DNA from: Laetmonice hystrix
Taxonomy: Eukaryota
Length of the DNA: 64,000 nt
Assembly: GCA_965235115.1 (NCBI GenBank)
Contig: OZ249446.1
Span: 13,392,001-13,456,000, forward strand
Direction of reading: 5' to 3'
The notes below the pieces were generated by a model. That model was not told the origin of the DNA. It did no database searches and saw nothing but the letters and a program-made list of their open reading frames with translations. Positions 25,172-38,960 of the stretch are shown piece after piece; position 1 is the first letter of the stretch, and every line of letters begins with the position of its first letter. The position numbers were made by a program, and so were the translations under genes.

Positions 25172-26238
25172 CTTAATGGTTGAAGATGAAGAAGTCGCGC
25201 ATTCTCCTCCCTGCTTTTCGCATCACTGAGTCGCTAGAACCAAATACCGGTTGGCGTGCAGTGGGCTTGTCCTCCCTCAGGTCACGGTGTCACTGCTCGC
25301 GTGGTCTAATACATCCGTCTCCTGGCGTCGCTAAAGTATCCGATTCGGATTTCACGCTGTTGCTGTTAGAAGTTTTTGCCTTAGGTGTGTTGTTCACTTT
25401 TTTCTCAATTTCCCTACCTCCGGGTTGGATGGCTTGGTAGGCATTGGTACATCCTCCAACCTGCTCGAATCCCCTCCTGAGTGTCTGCCGCGGTCGTCTG
25501 TCACCTGCTGAACGTTCCGATTGGCGACTAAAAAGGCCGACCTAGGAGCTGCGCATCCAGTAAGGTCGTTACATGATCTGTGTTGGAGGCCACTTTCTGC
25601 TCCATAGAGGCGTGTTTCCTCTCCAGCTCAGTTAGACGGAGGATGACAGGTGTGAGATAAGCTTCTTCAGGTGCTACCCTGGGCACGCGCCCTAGATTAA
25701 TGGCTACAAACGTCACCAGATTAGCCGTATATATACGTCAATGAGACTCAATGGTCTGATGGTCACATCAGTTTCCACGTCGTGTGTGCTTCCGTTGAGC
25801 AGATCTTTGGCAGCCTTTACCTATTCTGGCGTATAAAAGTTCCAAGTTGAATAATTTGTCAGTATTGTTGTTTCAAAACCATTGACTTATTAAGCATTAT
25901 ACTGAAGGAAAGGCCACCGTTTTCTCTATCCCCATACCGGCTTTGTACAATGTATTATCGTATTTTTAGCCTGGCTGCATTTGGTATTCTTTGTGGGAAA
26001 CAGAACGTCTTGCTTTCAGAATAGAAACATCCCTGACGCATTGCACAGAGAGTATATGCGAGCAAAGAGACGACAAATGTGCTGTCATTGAAAACCACTG
26101 TTCCAAAGAGGCAGGCAGATCTTCAGGATACTGTTCATTGTACTAATGCAGTATCTGTATAGTTACACACATTTAGTGTCGTATATCTATATCAGTGTTA
26201 TGATTTCAACCAAACTTGGCGACTGACTGTGTCTGCAG

Positions 26239-26331
26239 GACATTAGCGGCATTATGTGGGTACTGTAGCTCAAAGCGGACATCTAGAAGAATTCTTCAGA
26301 CTCGTTTCTTTTTGTCTCCGACCGGTAATGG
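26239..26331 (+). CDS. Candidate 93-bp exon (unverified)
   Basis: TGTGTCTGCAG| acceptor and |GTAAGT donor; one open frame, TLAALCGYCSSKRTSRRILQTRFFLSPTGN; no recognisable homology. Confidence 0.2.
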
Positions 26332-29211
26332 GTAAGTGATTCCTATATATAGGTCTATATAGGGAGAGACAAACGAAAGGTAATCTGGGGAACATTAATT
26401 CCGGTTATACCGCAGATTAAGTAGCTAATTTTCAGAAAATATCAATAGGGTTATTATTCCCTGTTTGAAGACTCTATGATACCGCCAAACAGAGGGAATG
26501 GAACTGAACTTGGAGTTTATAGAGAGAGGGGTGTCATAATCTGGTTAAAGGCGTTTAGACGCTGAAGTACTAATAAAACTATCGAGTTAATGGTGATTTG
26601 TATTAAGAAAATGCAGTGTAGGTAGGAAAATGTTCAGACCATACCAATCTTGGTCAATTCTATAAGTTACACAGGGTCAAGTTAAATACAATAAAGGATA
26701 GTTGTAGCCAGGTATCTTGTATGTCTGAGAATTTCTGGCATTTTTTGTGGGATTACTTGTTTCTTCTGTTCAAATGTGAAAACACGAACAAGGTTCTTTT
26801 GTTACTAGGATGACTACTATCTCACCGACTTTTAGAACCTTTGTAATAGTATTATTGACATTCTTATCAACTTCCATTCCCGTGTAGCCTAAGAGTACAA
26901 ATTCGACGTTCTAAAGTCTTATTATACAGCTAAATCGAACGGAGTATTTCGAAGTTTCGCGCACGGCACGGGCCGACTGTCATCTCAAACGCCACCATAC
27001 AGTTTTTATAAAACGGGCTCCTACTTGTTCTTGCTGTCTCGTGCACAGATAGAGACCACCGCCCCCACATCTCGTGTCTGTCCGACAGAAGCGGGAGGGT
27101 GATCCACATTTACATACGTACGGGCTTGCCCAGACGATACGCTAGCGTCGATAAGAGGGGCAAATCACAAGCTACCTCGGTCGCTCTGATCGGAAATTAT
27201 AAGACGGAGTCGGTCAGTGCACCAGTCCATCGTCAACAGGCATCCATTATGACTGCAAGACCTCTGTACTTGGTGGAAATGATGACTCACAGAAAATCTT
27301 CTAGTAATCACAATCCCAAGACGATTGCACTCACAATTGGCGTGAATGGTAGAAATTCTATTTCTGATGCACTTTGGCAGACTTGAATTTCAAACTGATC
27401 TGCGACAAGTTCCATTATTGAGAGAACTTTACCCATTCTAACCTTTTTACCTCTTTCCCGAAGGTGGTTTCTGAAACTGTACTGGGCTATCTCTGGCATA
27501 ATATCCTCCAAGAAGCGGGAAGATGAGCAGTCGCCTAAGTATATTGTCTTCCCGCTTGTAATCTGAACATATCAATTCACACCAAGTTGAAATCTATTCT
27601 GGTATGACTTGGGTGAATATCATGTTTCCTTGACGTGAGACAGAAAAAATCGATCTAGTAGATGAACGTGTGTCGACTGTTATTGTTAAAATCACGGAGA
27701 ACCTGCTAGCTCAGTGGTGAGAAATCGTCAATGTAAATGATTGAAGATCATACCTAAATCTAGCTGGCTTGGAGGCGCAGTGTAATAACAGCTGCCTTGG
27801 ACGGAAGCTTTGTTAGCCTTTCTAACTAATGTCATTTTTGAGTAGAAATGACTTTTAAATTTTCAGTAGCAATCAGATAGATATCTTCGCACTTTTACAC
27901 GGGTTGCCACAGTATTATCGCAGAAAAAGTTAAGGAAAATTGCTGTAATGTTAAAACCATATGTACCGCTTGTATATAATCTTTCAATATCCGGCCAATG
28001 GAGATTTCGTCACGCACGAAATAGCTTTTTTAATGAACGGGGAACGCACTCATGAATGTGGATCGCCTTGGTTCAGAAGTCACTACTCATGTCACGTGAC
28101 CAGGACTTGTGTTGCCATGGTCAGTTATTTCAGGTAGACTTTCACTTGCAAGGTTACCTTTGTCGGCGACGCAACTGAATTGCCTTCCTCCGCCCCTGTC
28201 TCCGCCACTGGCATGTCTCCTTGCTATATAGGAGACTTCAAGCTCGTATAAATGGCGTTGGGCCGCAAATACGACTGTTAATTTAGGAATTTTGTGGTTA
28301 TTGTGTTGGACCTGCACCTGCAGGCAGTACAGATATGGTATGGTATGGTATGTTGCCCGCCGAGGTGGGGGTGAGTTAATTATTGACCCATTGGTTAAGT
28401 ATAATTATATATGGATAATATCATGAGGTCATTTATTTACTTCGGAAGTTAGTCTCGTAAGGTTTTATATATACCCGACCCTTCGGGGGGGGGGGGGGAT
28501 TAACCAATTCATCTTTGGTGTAATCACATTCATATTGACATATAATAATGCCAGTAGAATAAAATATTCTACAACTAGTATTGGCGTTACTAGTGTCATT
28601 GAAATATACTTGGTACCCCCCTCTAAAAGCAATGAAACTCCAGTTTCGGTTTCACCACAGATGTGCCAATAAAAGGAACCTTCTCGAGGCTGTTTCCAAG
28701 CACTCAATGTTGAGGAGCAGGGAACTTAGTTGCCTTGTTTCCCCCCATACTCTGCATGCGACCCTATCATGTCGTAGCTAATCCAGACAGCAATCACATG
28801 AGCCATCGTTCAGGCAACATTACACCGTTAATCCGCTCAGCTGGAGCTTAAGCCAGATTTATGCGATGAAATAAGACCTTAGTTGTCGTAGATGATGCAG
28901 ACCAGAATCCACAGAATGGGGTTATAGAGATTCTGCCCCGCCAGGTCGTCCTCACATAGAACAGCTCACTGATTGGCTGGCGCCACTCCAGACGGCATCT
29001 CAGGTACCAGGGACAACATGACAGATATCTGCAGCAAATAGAAAATCTTTTCTGGTCCCGATCTAAAAGGTTAAACCGGTAACAATGTCTGTTCAGAGCT
29101 TTAGCATGATCACATGTATACAGCCTGAAATAGTTCATGTTTCGTCTTCTTGCCGTCTGATTTAACTTCCAAGTGGTTGCTTTTATCTCTAGGCTATATT
29201 TATAGCGAACC

Positions 29212-29665
29212 GCCTCATCTAAAAACTGGCATTGCCACCCATCAAGGCGGACCAACAGAGAACTGGCACTGCCACCAAGGCGTCCTGCCTCATCTAGAAA
29301 CTGGCACTGCCACCAAGGCGTACTGCCTCATCTAGAAATTGGCACTGCCACCAAGGCGTAGTGCCTCATCTGGAAACTGGCACTGCCACCAAGGCGTACT
29401 GCCTCATCTAGAAATTGGCACTGCCACCAAGGCGTACTGCCTCATCTAGAAATTGGCACTGCCACCAATGCGTACTGCCTCATCTGGAAACTGGCACTGC
29501 CACCAAGGCGTACTGCCTCATCTGGAAACTGGCACTGTCACCAAGGCGAACCGGCTCATCTGGAAACTGCCATTGCCACCAAGGCGTACTGCCCCATCTA
29601 GAAACTGGCACTGCCACCAAGGCGAACCGGCTCATCTGGAAACTGGCACTGCCACCAAGGCGAAC
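29212..29665. repeat. 38-bp minisatellite, ~12 copies
   Basis: Unit GCCTCATCT(A/G)GAAACTGGCACTGCCACCAAGGCGTACT. Confidence 0.96.
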
Positions 29666-31385
29666 CGGCTCATCAGGCCAATGATGGAAGGGACCGTTTG
29701 TTTTTATCAGCTATATTACCTCTAGATGTGCCGCTGGCATCATTACAAGCATTAAAGTGGCAGGGTGATAACATTTCTGAGAGTTGTCCGATCAAAGGCC
29801 TTGTTGTAATCCAAGCACATGCCTGATTTCTGTTTAAATCAACCGATATTGAAATGGGCGAAAGCAAATGAATGACTGGAGCGGTTTTTGCTGTCAAATT
29901 AATGTATTTGGTTCTGCGTGTCAGACTGCTGCAGGCCGTTTGATTTCATTGTGATGGATCGGTTTGATGTGACTAACAAGGAGTTCTGTTCCTGTCTGCG
30001 GTAGAATATTGGATTAACTCTTGTCCGATCGCCCTGCAGCAAGGAGAGGTAATGCCCGATAAACGTAGCGCCAGTGTACGGCCGGTGTGCGACTGACGCG
30101 ATATTTTAGACACCAGGGAGCGCAGTTCGACAACATTCAAATCCCGAGTCTCACTCTGTCCCGTAAACTTGGTTTGCCCTCCCTACTTTCCGTAGGTGGA
30201 ACCTGTCAGGGGTTTTTCCTACTTGCGATAGAACATAAATTGGATGAAAAATTAATGGCGGGCTACAAACGCGGTCTGTCAGGCAGTAATGGGCGTGCAC
30301 TACGTGAAATACATTACGATTTAAAATCCTAATGTTTCTAAATCGGGAAATTTACGGCCAATCGCGAAGGGTTTTTGAAGACAATCTCATTGCTCGGTGT
30401 GGATTAGGCCGTAAAAACTCATTGCATTCATTGAGAGCAGACGTGTACATTGTAACTGGTTTGGGTTTTTATTTGTTAATACTTACATAAATCTGATTCC
30501 ACTTTTCTCTCGTTTTATTGTAGAAGTAATAAAGCATAATTTCTGTATTTTGCTCGAATACCCGCAGTCTAAAAAACAAAGAATGGCTCGGGATACACAT
30601 CTACGGCTCAGTGTGAACGAACGGTTTAAAATTAGAGTAATGATTTTATTTGTGAGAGGCAGGATTCTATTTAAATTCAGGTGGGATAAACCTGACTTGA
30701 GCCTCCCGCTGCGGTCAGTGTCCTTGTAGACTTTCCTTATGAATATTCATTGAGATGTGGGCCTCGGGCCCGCCTGATCCATTCTCAACTGCCTTTACGA
30801 CCAATCGAATACTAGCTCACGTACCTATTACTGAAAACAGATTTCGTTTTAATAACAGAAAAAAAGGAATATATTTGATATTCTTGAATTGTTGTTTTGA
30901 TGAACGAGAGTTTCATTTAGGTATATGGACGAAAAGATTGAGATAAATAAAGCTCAGAGCGTTCTACGTGAGTCATGTTAGCCGGAGCAAAGCAGCAAGT
31001 TGACTCGTTGTCCCCTCCGGACATTGAGGCTGAACTGACCACCGATAACCGTGTGCTCAGTCGCCACTGACCACTTACCGGACTCAGGCTGGTAAAAGGT
31101 GAAAAATTGGCTTGAATAATTGAAGAGAAGACGACAGCCCCTGGGCCCACTCACGACCAGGTTGACCAGGTTAAGTCTCGCCGCCCTGGCCCCCTGACCT
31201 TTGGTGCAGGGTAGACGCAGACGAGCGAACAACTTTACTGGGATCTTGATAGTATGCTCGACTTGTGTTTGCTAGAAAGTGTTTATTGTCAATCGGCAAG
31301 ATAATTTTCTATATTTTAACGAAAGGTCTGTGGAAAACAGTACGTCCCATAGTCATTCTCTTGGTCTGTATTTCGTCAGTAGGCC

Positions 31386-32088
31386 GGTCACCAAAGGACT
31401 AACACAGTGTGGGTTCGGGGAACAGTGGGTCGGTCACCAAAGGACTAACACAGTGTGGGTTCAGGAACAGTGGGTCGGTCACCAAAGGACTAACACAGTG
31501 TGGGTTCGGGGAACAGTGGGTCGGTCACCAAAGGACTGACCCAGTGTGGGTTCGGGGAACAGTGGGTCGGTCACCAAAGGACTAACACAGTGTGGGTTCA
31601 GGAACAGTGGGTCGGTCACCAAAGGACTAACACAGTGTGGGTTCGGGGAACAGTGGGTCGGTCACCAAAGGACTAACACAGTGTCGGTTCGGGGAACAGT
31701 GGGTCGGTCACCAAAGGACTAACACAGTGTGGTTTCGAGGAGCAGTGGGTCGGTCACCAAAGGACTAGCTCAGTTTGGGTTCAGGAGCAGTGGGTCGGTC
31801 ACCAAAGGACTAGCTCAGTGTGGTTTCGAGGAACAGTGGGTTGGTCACCAAAGGACTAACACAGTGTGGGTTCGGGGAACAGTGGGTCGGTCACCAAAGG
31901 ACTAACACAATGTGGGTTCGAGGAACAGTGGGTTGGTCACCAAAGGACTAGCTCAGTTTAGGTTCAGGAACAGTGGGTTGGTCACCAAAGGACTAGCTCA
32001 GTTTGGGTTCGGGGAACAGTCGGTCGGTCACCAAAGGACTGACCCAGTGTGGATTCGGGGAACAGTCGGTCGGTCACCAACGGACTGA
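31386..32088. repeat. 45/46-bp minisatellite, ~15 copies
   Basis: Unit GGTCACCAAAGGACTAACACAGTGTGGGTTCGGGGAACAGTGGGTC. Confidence 0.97.
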
Positions 32089-32687
32089 AAATGGGGGAGC
32101 GAAGACCAAATAAAACGCCTGGTTATGACAGACGGCAAATGTCCTCATCTAGCCTTCAGCCAAAATAAATCTTTGGGAGGAGTTAGTTTCACACTTGGTT
32201 GCTTGGATATTGGATTAGATAGGGACTGTAGAGGGCCGAGAGCACACTGAGGTCATGACTGTATGGTTTAATGATTGGTATATTAATTATTGAAGCTGGC
32301 CTGGTGATAAATGTAGCCGGGTGTCGGCGGTCAGCGTGACGTTATGATACAAACACCCTCTGTATTCATTGATTGTGTCCAAAGTCGTTAGTGAAGACAT
32401 TTTGTCATAGCACAGCCACACTCATGGGCCTCGCCTTTTGGAGATACAATCTTAGTGTCGTTTTCACAGTTAGAGATATTGGCCTGGACATGCCATGTAG
32501 GACAGATCAGCCGAAATGAAAAATCATGGGGAAAGACAGGGGTGAACGTTTCAGGACAATACTTGGTGGCAATGAGGGCAAGGAATGAGAGGACATCATG
32601 CGTCAGTGGAGGGGCGGGGGTGTCGAGATCATGGTATCTGACGGGGAAAGGGGGTGTGATTGGGTACACGGCATGGTGGCGTTAATG

Positions 32688-33958
32688 ACACTGGTTCTGT
32701 CCGACCATGACGTACACCCAGGACAGACGGGACGTTACTGTCACTGGTTCTATGGGAACATGACGTACACCCAGGACACACGGGACGTTACTGACACTGG
32801 TTCTATGGGACCATGACGTGAACCCAGGACACACGGGACGTTACTGTCACTGGTTCTATGGGAACATGACGTACACCCAGGACACACGGGACGTTACTGT
32901 CACTGGTTCTATGGGAACATGACGTACACCCAGGACACACGGGACGTTACTGTCACTGGTTCTATGGGACCATGACGTACACCCAGGACACACAGGACGT
33001 TACTGTCACTGGTTCTATGGGACCATGACGTGCACCCAGGACACACGGGACGTTACTGTCACTGGTTCTATGGGACCATGACGTGCACCCAGGACACACG
33101 GGACGGTACTGTCACTGGTTCTATGGGACCATGACGTGCACCCAGGACACACGGGACGTTACTGTCACTGGTTCTATGGGACCATGACGTGCACCCAGGA
33201 CACACGGGACGTTACTGGCACTGGTTCTATGGGACCATGACGTGCACCCAGGACACACGGGACGTTATCGGCACTGGTTCTATGGGACCATGACGTGCAC
33301 CCAGGACACACGGGCCGTTACTGGCACTGGTTCTATGGGACCATGACGTACACCCGGGACACACGGGCCGTTACTGTCACTGGTTCTATGGGACCATGAC
33401 GTGCACCCAGGACACACGGGACGGTACTGTCACTGGTTCTATGGGACCATGACGTACACCCAGGACACACGGGACGTTACTGTCACTGGTTCTATGGGAC
33501 CATGACGTGAACCCAGGAGACACGGGACGGTACTGTCACTGGTTCTATGGGACCATGACGTGCACCCAGGACACACGGGCCGTTACTGGCACTGGTTCTA
33601 TGGGACCATGACGTACACCCGGGACACACGGGACGTTACTGTCACTGGTTCTATGGGACCATGACGTGCACCCAGGACACACGGGACGGTACTGTCACTG
33701 GTTCTATGGGACCATGACGTGCACCCAGGACACATGGGACGTTACTGTCACTGGTTCTATGGGACCATGACGTGCACCCAGGACACACGGGACGTCACTG
33801 ACACTGGCTGTATGGAAACATGACGTGAACCCAGGACACACGGGACGTTACTGTCACTGGTTCTATGGGAACATGACGTGCACCCAGGACACACGGGCCG
33901 TTATCGGCACTGGTTCTGTCCGAACATGACGTGCACCCAGGACACACGGGCCGTTATC
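32688..33958. repeat. 53-bp minisatellite, ~24 copies
   Basis: Unit CATGACGT(A/G)CACCCAGGACACACGGGACGTTACTGTCACTGGTTCTATGGGAC. Confidence 0.98.
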
Positions 33959-36357
33959 AGGCTGGTTTTGCCGATCTGATGATCGATGGCAGGAAAGGCA
34001 CAGGTCCGGCCACAATACCAGGCAGACGCCGGGTTTTACATTATTTTATGTTTTACTTTGTAAAGTAATTGACCTAGATGCAGTAGTTTTGACTGATAGG
34101 GGATGCTAACAGAGATAAATGGAATGTTGTGATTTGAGTCGATGAAGTTAGAGCTGGAAGTCCTCTGTCATGGCGGGGGAGAATCAATATCTACCATTGA
34201 ATAAATGTATGGAGAGTGGCTGGTTTGAATACGTGTACTACCCGGACAACGGCACGGATATATACCGCCATACCTGCCATGTATGACGTCAGTGAGGCAG
34301 TGGGTTGAACCTTGACAATGATAATATAAGTAGGTCTACAAAATGGGGGCGAGTCTATAATGGGATGAAAAGGTGGTATTCAGGTCATTGAGGTGTTCTT
34401 TCAAGAGGAAAACAGCGAGTGGTGATATCTTATTTGTTGATGGAAAATGTAAACAATATTCAGTGGCATAATATTTTCTTTCTTATATTTCATTAACATT
34501 GACCGCTTGTACACAGAAATATAATGAGGATGAGGGAATTCTGTCCCTTGAAAACCTGCAGGATCTGTATACAAGGTTCGTTCCGGTGTGATTAATGGGT
34601 GTAAATGTCATGACAGCGTGTCCCTGTAAGATGGAAAGTTATAAAAGTCTAACTGATGCCTCAAACCGAATTTATCCAGGAGCGTAAGTAATACGGAATA
34701 TCTGTAAATTACTGCTTTAACCTTATCCTGAATGATAGGGGGTTCCCCCAATCAAGTCGGAAATAATTTCTTTCACATTTCCGCGACCTCAAGAAATGAA
34801 GATCATTGAAATACCTGCAATCTGCAGTCGATGCGTTTATTACCTGTGTTTATTTCATCGACATTCAAGAGATGGAAGCCATGTATATCTAACGCCAGTA
34901 CAGCCCATTATTGTCCAGGACATGTTCTCTAAGTTTTATAGTCTTTGTTTTTGAGCGAGATTCACGAAGAGGGCAATTCGGCACGGTTGGTATTCTGCTC
35001 CAAATCCAATCCTCACATTTCATCTTTGTCTTCTCAGTCGACTTTTCCCATACACTCGTCTTCCTGTGCCCATGACGCATATACTTATTTGTCGTATGGT
35101 GTTTCCATAGAAACATTTTAATACAAATCCCTGCCCCCTGAAATGCCGCTCAGTATGCCAGAAATGATGTTGCCTGTTGCGCCTTAAGGAGGAGTGATTT
35201 CCAAGGTGACATTGGCATGGTCCGGAGATGAGTTGGGCGTGAATTAAGGCGGATTTCCTTCCCTATGTCATGAATTTATATGATAGTAATACTCCATGAT
35301 TGTGTCCACGATTGCAGGCTATAATGTGTTGTCATGGTGAACGTGAGAGTTTGGACCTATATGACAACATTTGTTTCAACATTAATGTCCTGATTGCTAG
35401 GACGGAAAGTGGCAGATTGCTAGGATGGAAAGTGGCAGATTGCTAGGACGAAAAGTGGCGGGTTAATCCGCGTTTTGTTGTCTCAGGTAAAATTAGGATT
35501 TATTCTCACCCGGGCATTATCGATGTTGTTAGAGACACGAGACAACAAAACTATAAAGAACTAACAGTCATTTCTTTGTGTAGCAATATCTGAGTCCTTG
35601 ATTAATTGCTCACATCAAATCACTGTGGAATATCCTGGAGGTGTGAAGGTGAATCCTTGTAGAAGATATTTTGGAGTAGAGTTTGGTATAAACCGTGATG
35701 GACGGTACGGGAGGTAATGGCATGAGAGAGTGATAACCGCGTCATCATAGGATTAAAATAACCTCAGTAACGGGAATTTGGTCATATCACGGTGTCCGCC
35801 CTATTTCGTCGGTAGGAACAAAAACCAATATTTCTTACGCTGTGAAATCATCGGAGCAAAAAATCATCACAGCATTAGTGGTGCCATTTGTCGCTTCGAG
35901 AAAACTCATGACCATGTCTCACGATCATGACATAAGACAATTGTCTACGGGTCTACATTACTGCTGGCGCACGATCAATACGGAGGAAAATTAGTTCTGG
36001 ACAGACTTCATTAAAGAACTTCACCCGCTAGGTTAAGGTCATATTTTCTCCTGTTCGAAGGAATTGGTTTCATTCGCATTGAATTTATATTTTTGCCAAA
36101 ATTAGCAATCTCTCCCCAGACTCTGAAACCGCTAGGTGGCAAAGGCAAAGCTAGCAAGTGACGGAGTAGAACACCCTAAATCTAGAGATACAGAGCTTCC
36201 AAGCGGGGGTTAAAATCTCTAGGAGTCTCGCCGTGGGAAGAACGGTACGGTAGCATAGGAGGGGCAAATCAAAACAAGACTTCAAAAACACTCAGAGCTT
36301 AAAACCACAACGGCAAAACACATTACGAAACGACATTCAGAAACCACATCCAAAAAA

Positions 36358-36411
36358 GTGAGTGAGTGGGGGAGTGAGTGGGCGGTGCGGGGAGTGAGTG
36401 AGTGAGTGAGT
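36358..36411. repeat. Imperfect (GAGT)n microsatellite
   Basis: GTGAGTGAGT tract; could be the tail of a minus-strand retroposon. Confidence 0.8.
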
Positions 36412-38714
36412 GTTGGTGGTTTTACACGGTGTCATTTTAGGCCATTGTCATGGCAAACACAAAGTTGGAATATTGTAAGGTAAAAGGAGCCTATTGTCGA
36501 CCGGCTCCCTACCGGAATACAGTAAAAATGCAAACTAAAGTAGCAAAACCTGTCTTATATTAGGGGCGATGCTCAACCGTCAAAGTAGTTTGATAAATTG
36601 TAATCATTGAGAACACCAAATACATCCGTCCATACGAGTCGCGATTGTCTGGTTTTTAAAAATCGGAAAGTACAGCTCTTGGTGAATAACACAGGTCTCT
36701 TTTCTAAATCCAGTTTTAGAACGAGCTGAGGAAAGCGTGGTTATAATCTAACAGCTCTGCTGTGTTCACGTGCCATGCATGCAACTTGTGTTGTAGTTGA
36801 TGGTGATTTATTACCACGATCCTTCGGATTTGTCATATAAAGCTTTCAAATGGCAGTAAAAACAATGATTATGCAATTACCTTCCAGCTAGATTGGCAGA
36901 TAATGCTTTTTGCCGCGTCCACAAGAGTCAATCTTGTAAACATGAAAGCCGTGTGTATGAAAGGGGCTCTGTCGGAATCCTATGATAAAGATATGCGCCG
37001 CATTTACAATCAGTATAATTGAACATGGTGTATTGATTGAGGACCTGAAGGCGGTTATAGACACACAAGTGTATGACAACAAGGAGTGGGTGTGATACTG
37101 ATATCGGTCACAAGTCTTACTGCGGGATAGGATGGAAATCAAAACAATATTTTGATTTACAATCAGTATAATTGAACATGGTGTATTGATTGAGGACCCG
37201 ATCACCCCCACACAAGTCACCTCCCCACCACGGGCCCATCCCCCCACCCCAAAACCCCCGAAGGTCGTTTAGGAAGGTGTCGTCGTATGTAACCATGACA
37301 TGTCCGATCTACTTTCGGCCATTACTGCTGAATTACTGATAATTATTATTTTTCGTATTAAAGATTGCATTACACCAGGAACGTTATCCTAGTTATTCTA
37401 GTCGGGGTTATAACACTGCATCACACCTGGCTTTAGTTACATAGTAACTGTTTCAGTAAGTTGAGTGTAGGTTTGAATGTAAGGCAACGATCAGCGAGAA
37501 GTTTCCTTTTGTAGATTGTGCTGCGAATTCCTCTTTCATTGTATTATTGTTCCATTCCACAGTGACAATAGGGCAAAGACGCGGGGGGGGGGGGTAAAGT
37601 ATGGCGGCGGCCCCCTGTGCGTGTTGGACAAATATTGAAAGTTTGGTTACTCATTGAAGGAGACGGGGTGGGCAGTGCTTGCCACATTACGTGATGGTGA
37701 GTCCTAGAAGGAGGATCGAGATCGGGAAATATTGACAGATGGCGTCGATCTGGGTCTCTCGGCTGGCGTCAGAGCCGGGGGAGCTTCACAGACGGGGGTA
37801 GGGGGTAGGTACGGAACGGTCACAGCACTCCGACAGTACCTACCCACAGCCGGGAGGGGGGGGGGGGGCACCAGGTATGACAGGCAATGATGTCGGTGAT
37901 TCCCGGAGAGCGTGACTGAATACATCCTTGCAGTGGTGTGGATACATGTAGTCGATTAAAACATTAGTAGATCTCGTCGTCACGGTACTATTTCACGTGG
38001 TGAAGGAGATAAAGGCTCCGAAGATACTCCGACAAAACGTATATGTCGGGTATCAGTCGAACATATGAAATGTGCGTAATGGAAAATCTTCTCTCTCCGT
38101 TTATTGACCAGCATTAGATACAGAGATATTAAGTCATGGACTTAAAGTTCACTCCCATCAGACAGAGAACACAACCTAGCAGCTTCAATCAAAACGTGAG
38201 CATTTCCTACAATTCGTGCAGACTTGGACCTAATGGAACGAGACTTACGAAAGAGGCGGAGATCAAAATTGAATAAAAGTCCATAAGTATCGTAAGATAA
38301 TATGATTTTTTAGAATTCTCCGCTTTGTCTGGACATTCATTGCCCTATTCCTTTGGTGTTGCTATGGTAACATAATTGATTTTTCTCGGGTCAGAGAAAG
38401 CCTGCCTCAGCGTATAAAATCCATTTATAATCGCGTTTGATCCAAACTGTTTAATACATTTGGGAGCCGTGACTGAGCCGAGGTCTTGGGGTGCGAAAAG
38501 ATTTCGCCGTGAGTCGCTGTCTAGGTTGCTCTTCAAGTGGATACAATTAACAGATGGTTCCTCGAGGGATAGATGTAACAATCATAATGAGGAGAAACAG
38601 TTTGTGTGGCTCGTCAGAAAATGTTATAACTGGTGCAATAAGGTCCAGTCTATGTTATGGGTGTTAGCCGCTTCCAGCTGGGCCTCTCTGTATACCCGAC
38701 AGTAGGTGATGGGC

Positions 38715-38960
38715 CTTGGTTAGCTAGACCTCCCTACATCCCCCACAGTGAGGAGGTGTGGGGCCTGGTTAGCTGGACCTCCCTACCTCCCCCACAGTGA
38801 GGAGGTCGTGGGGGCTTGGTTAGCTGGACCTCCCTACCTCCCCCACAGTGAGGAGGTCGTGGGGGCTTGGTTAGCTGGACCTCCCTACCTCCCCCACAGT
38901 GAGGAGGTCGTGGGGGCTGAGTTAGCTGGACCTCCCTATCTACCCCACAGTTAGGACGTG
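38715..38960. repeat. 51-bp minisatellite, ~4.7 copies
   Basis: Unit GGTTAGCTGGACCTCCCTACCTCCCCCACAGTGAGGAGGTCGTGGGGGCTT. Confidence 0.93.

Larger units (their letters stand above)
24200..25750 (-). mobile_element. CR1/L2-group LINE relic: ORF1 plus a short ORF2 EN-RT linker fragment, interrupted by a SINE and a MITE
   Basis: ORF1 motifs VTFVAINLGRVPRVAPEE..ILRLTELE, RDFFIFN and KSFSI...KAELWPRNVAVRPYY* (stop at 24801). ORF2 linker AGKPPAG..MRPTRTKYRRAVKTLKR...QWNKIKK..IIDGIDDDDAVFKIFANKYHTLYSSV. Confidence 0.8.

Noticed and set aside
27308-27560. ~85-codon protein-like minus-strand frame (LEDIMPEIAQYSFRNHLRERG...)
   Set aside because: No recognisable family or splice signals; a BLAST search would be needed.
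28860-28960. KTLVVVDDADQ resembles a NACHT/NB-ARC Walker B
   Set aside because: Flanked by stops, with no Walker A motif or splice support.
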